64,000 nucleotides of DNA from Magallana gigas (taxonomy: Eukaryota): NCBI RefSeq assembly GCF_963853765.1, contig NC_088859.1:43648001-43712000 (forward strand), given 5' to 3'. This document shows positions 63,808 to 64,000 of the stretch, in pieces. Made by a program: the position numbers and the translations under genes. A model generated the notes under the pieces. It searched no databases, was not told where the DNA came from, and worked only from the letters and a program-made list of their open reading frames with translations. Position 1 is the stretch's first letter, and each line of letters starts with the position of its first letter.

Positions 63808-64000
63808 CTATGGAAAATAAATACATTACAAATTGTAATACATGTTCAATCTTTTGTGAATATCATACCAAATTTCCATTTCATTTTTCAGTAGAGTTTT
63901 TTAATCTAAATTTTCAACAACAAAAAAATACAGGTACTTTGGGTTAGTACTCCCCTTCCCCTTTTATAATGACTTCCTGGGTTTTTTAAGAAGGACGACT

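Overview
AT-rich, intron-rich animal genomic DNA. The repeat families and protein style suggest a bivalve mollusc, probably an oyster (Crassostrea/Magallana); this is an inference. Splicing the sequence by hand (GT-AG, phase-checked) gives five protein-coding genes. (1) The 3' six exons of RPA2 (+, 12-2946). (2-3) Two tandem GT31 beta-1,3-galactosyltransferase-like paralogs (+, 22154-23505 and 28200-29285). (4) A type I membrane receptor with signal peptide, 5 Ig, FN3 and TM domains, the Sidestep/nephrin-like layout (-, 54095 to 40193/37446). It appears to have two alternative cytoplasmic tails that both end G-x-Y-F. (5) The 3' half of MAPK15/ERK7-8 (-, 63807-56950), with a candidate in-frame Tyr/His-rich cassette exon. 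The rest is dense with non-autonomous mobile DNA: MITEs with TA, 6-bp, 8-bp and ~10-bp target duplications, Helentron/HINE-like elements carrying 135-bp and ~166-bp tandem arrays, a 2.4-kb foldback element with 21-bp minisatellite arms, several hairpin elements, a LINE 3' end and a possible DIRS relic. One assembly gap (45149-45470) hides a splice acceptor. No rRNA, genuine tRNA or CRISPR array is supported. The best leads are the dual-tail, microexon-linked Sidestep-like receptor, splice sites copied by tandem repeats in two genes, and the diverged GT31 pair.
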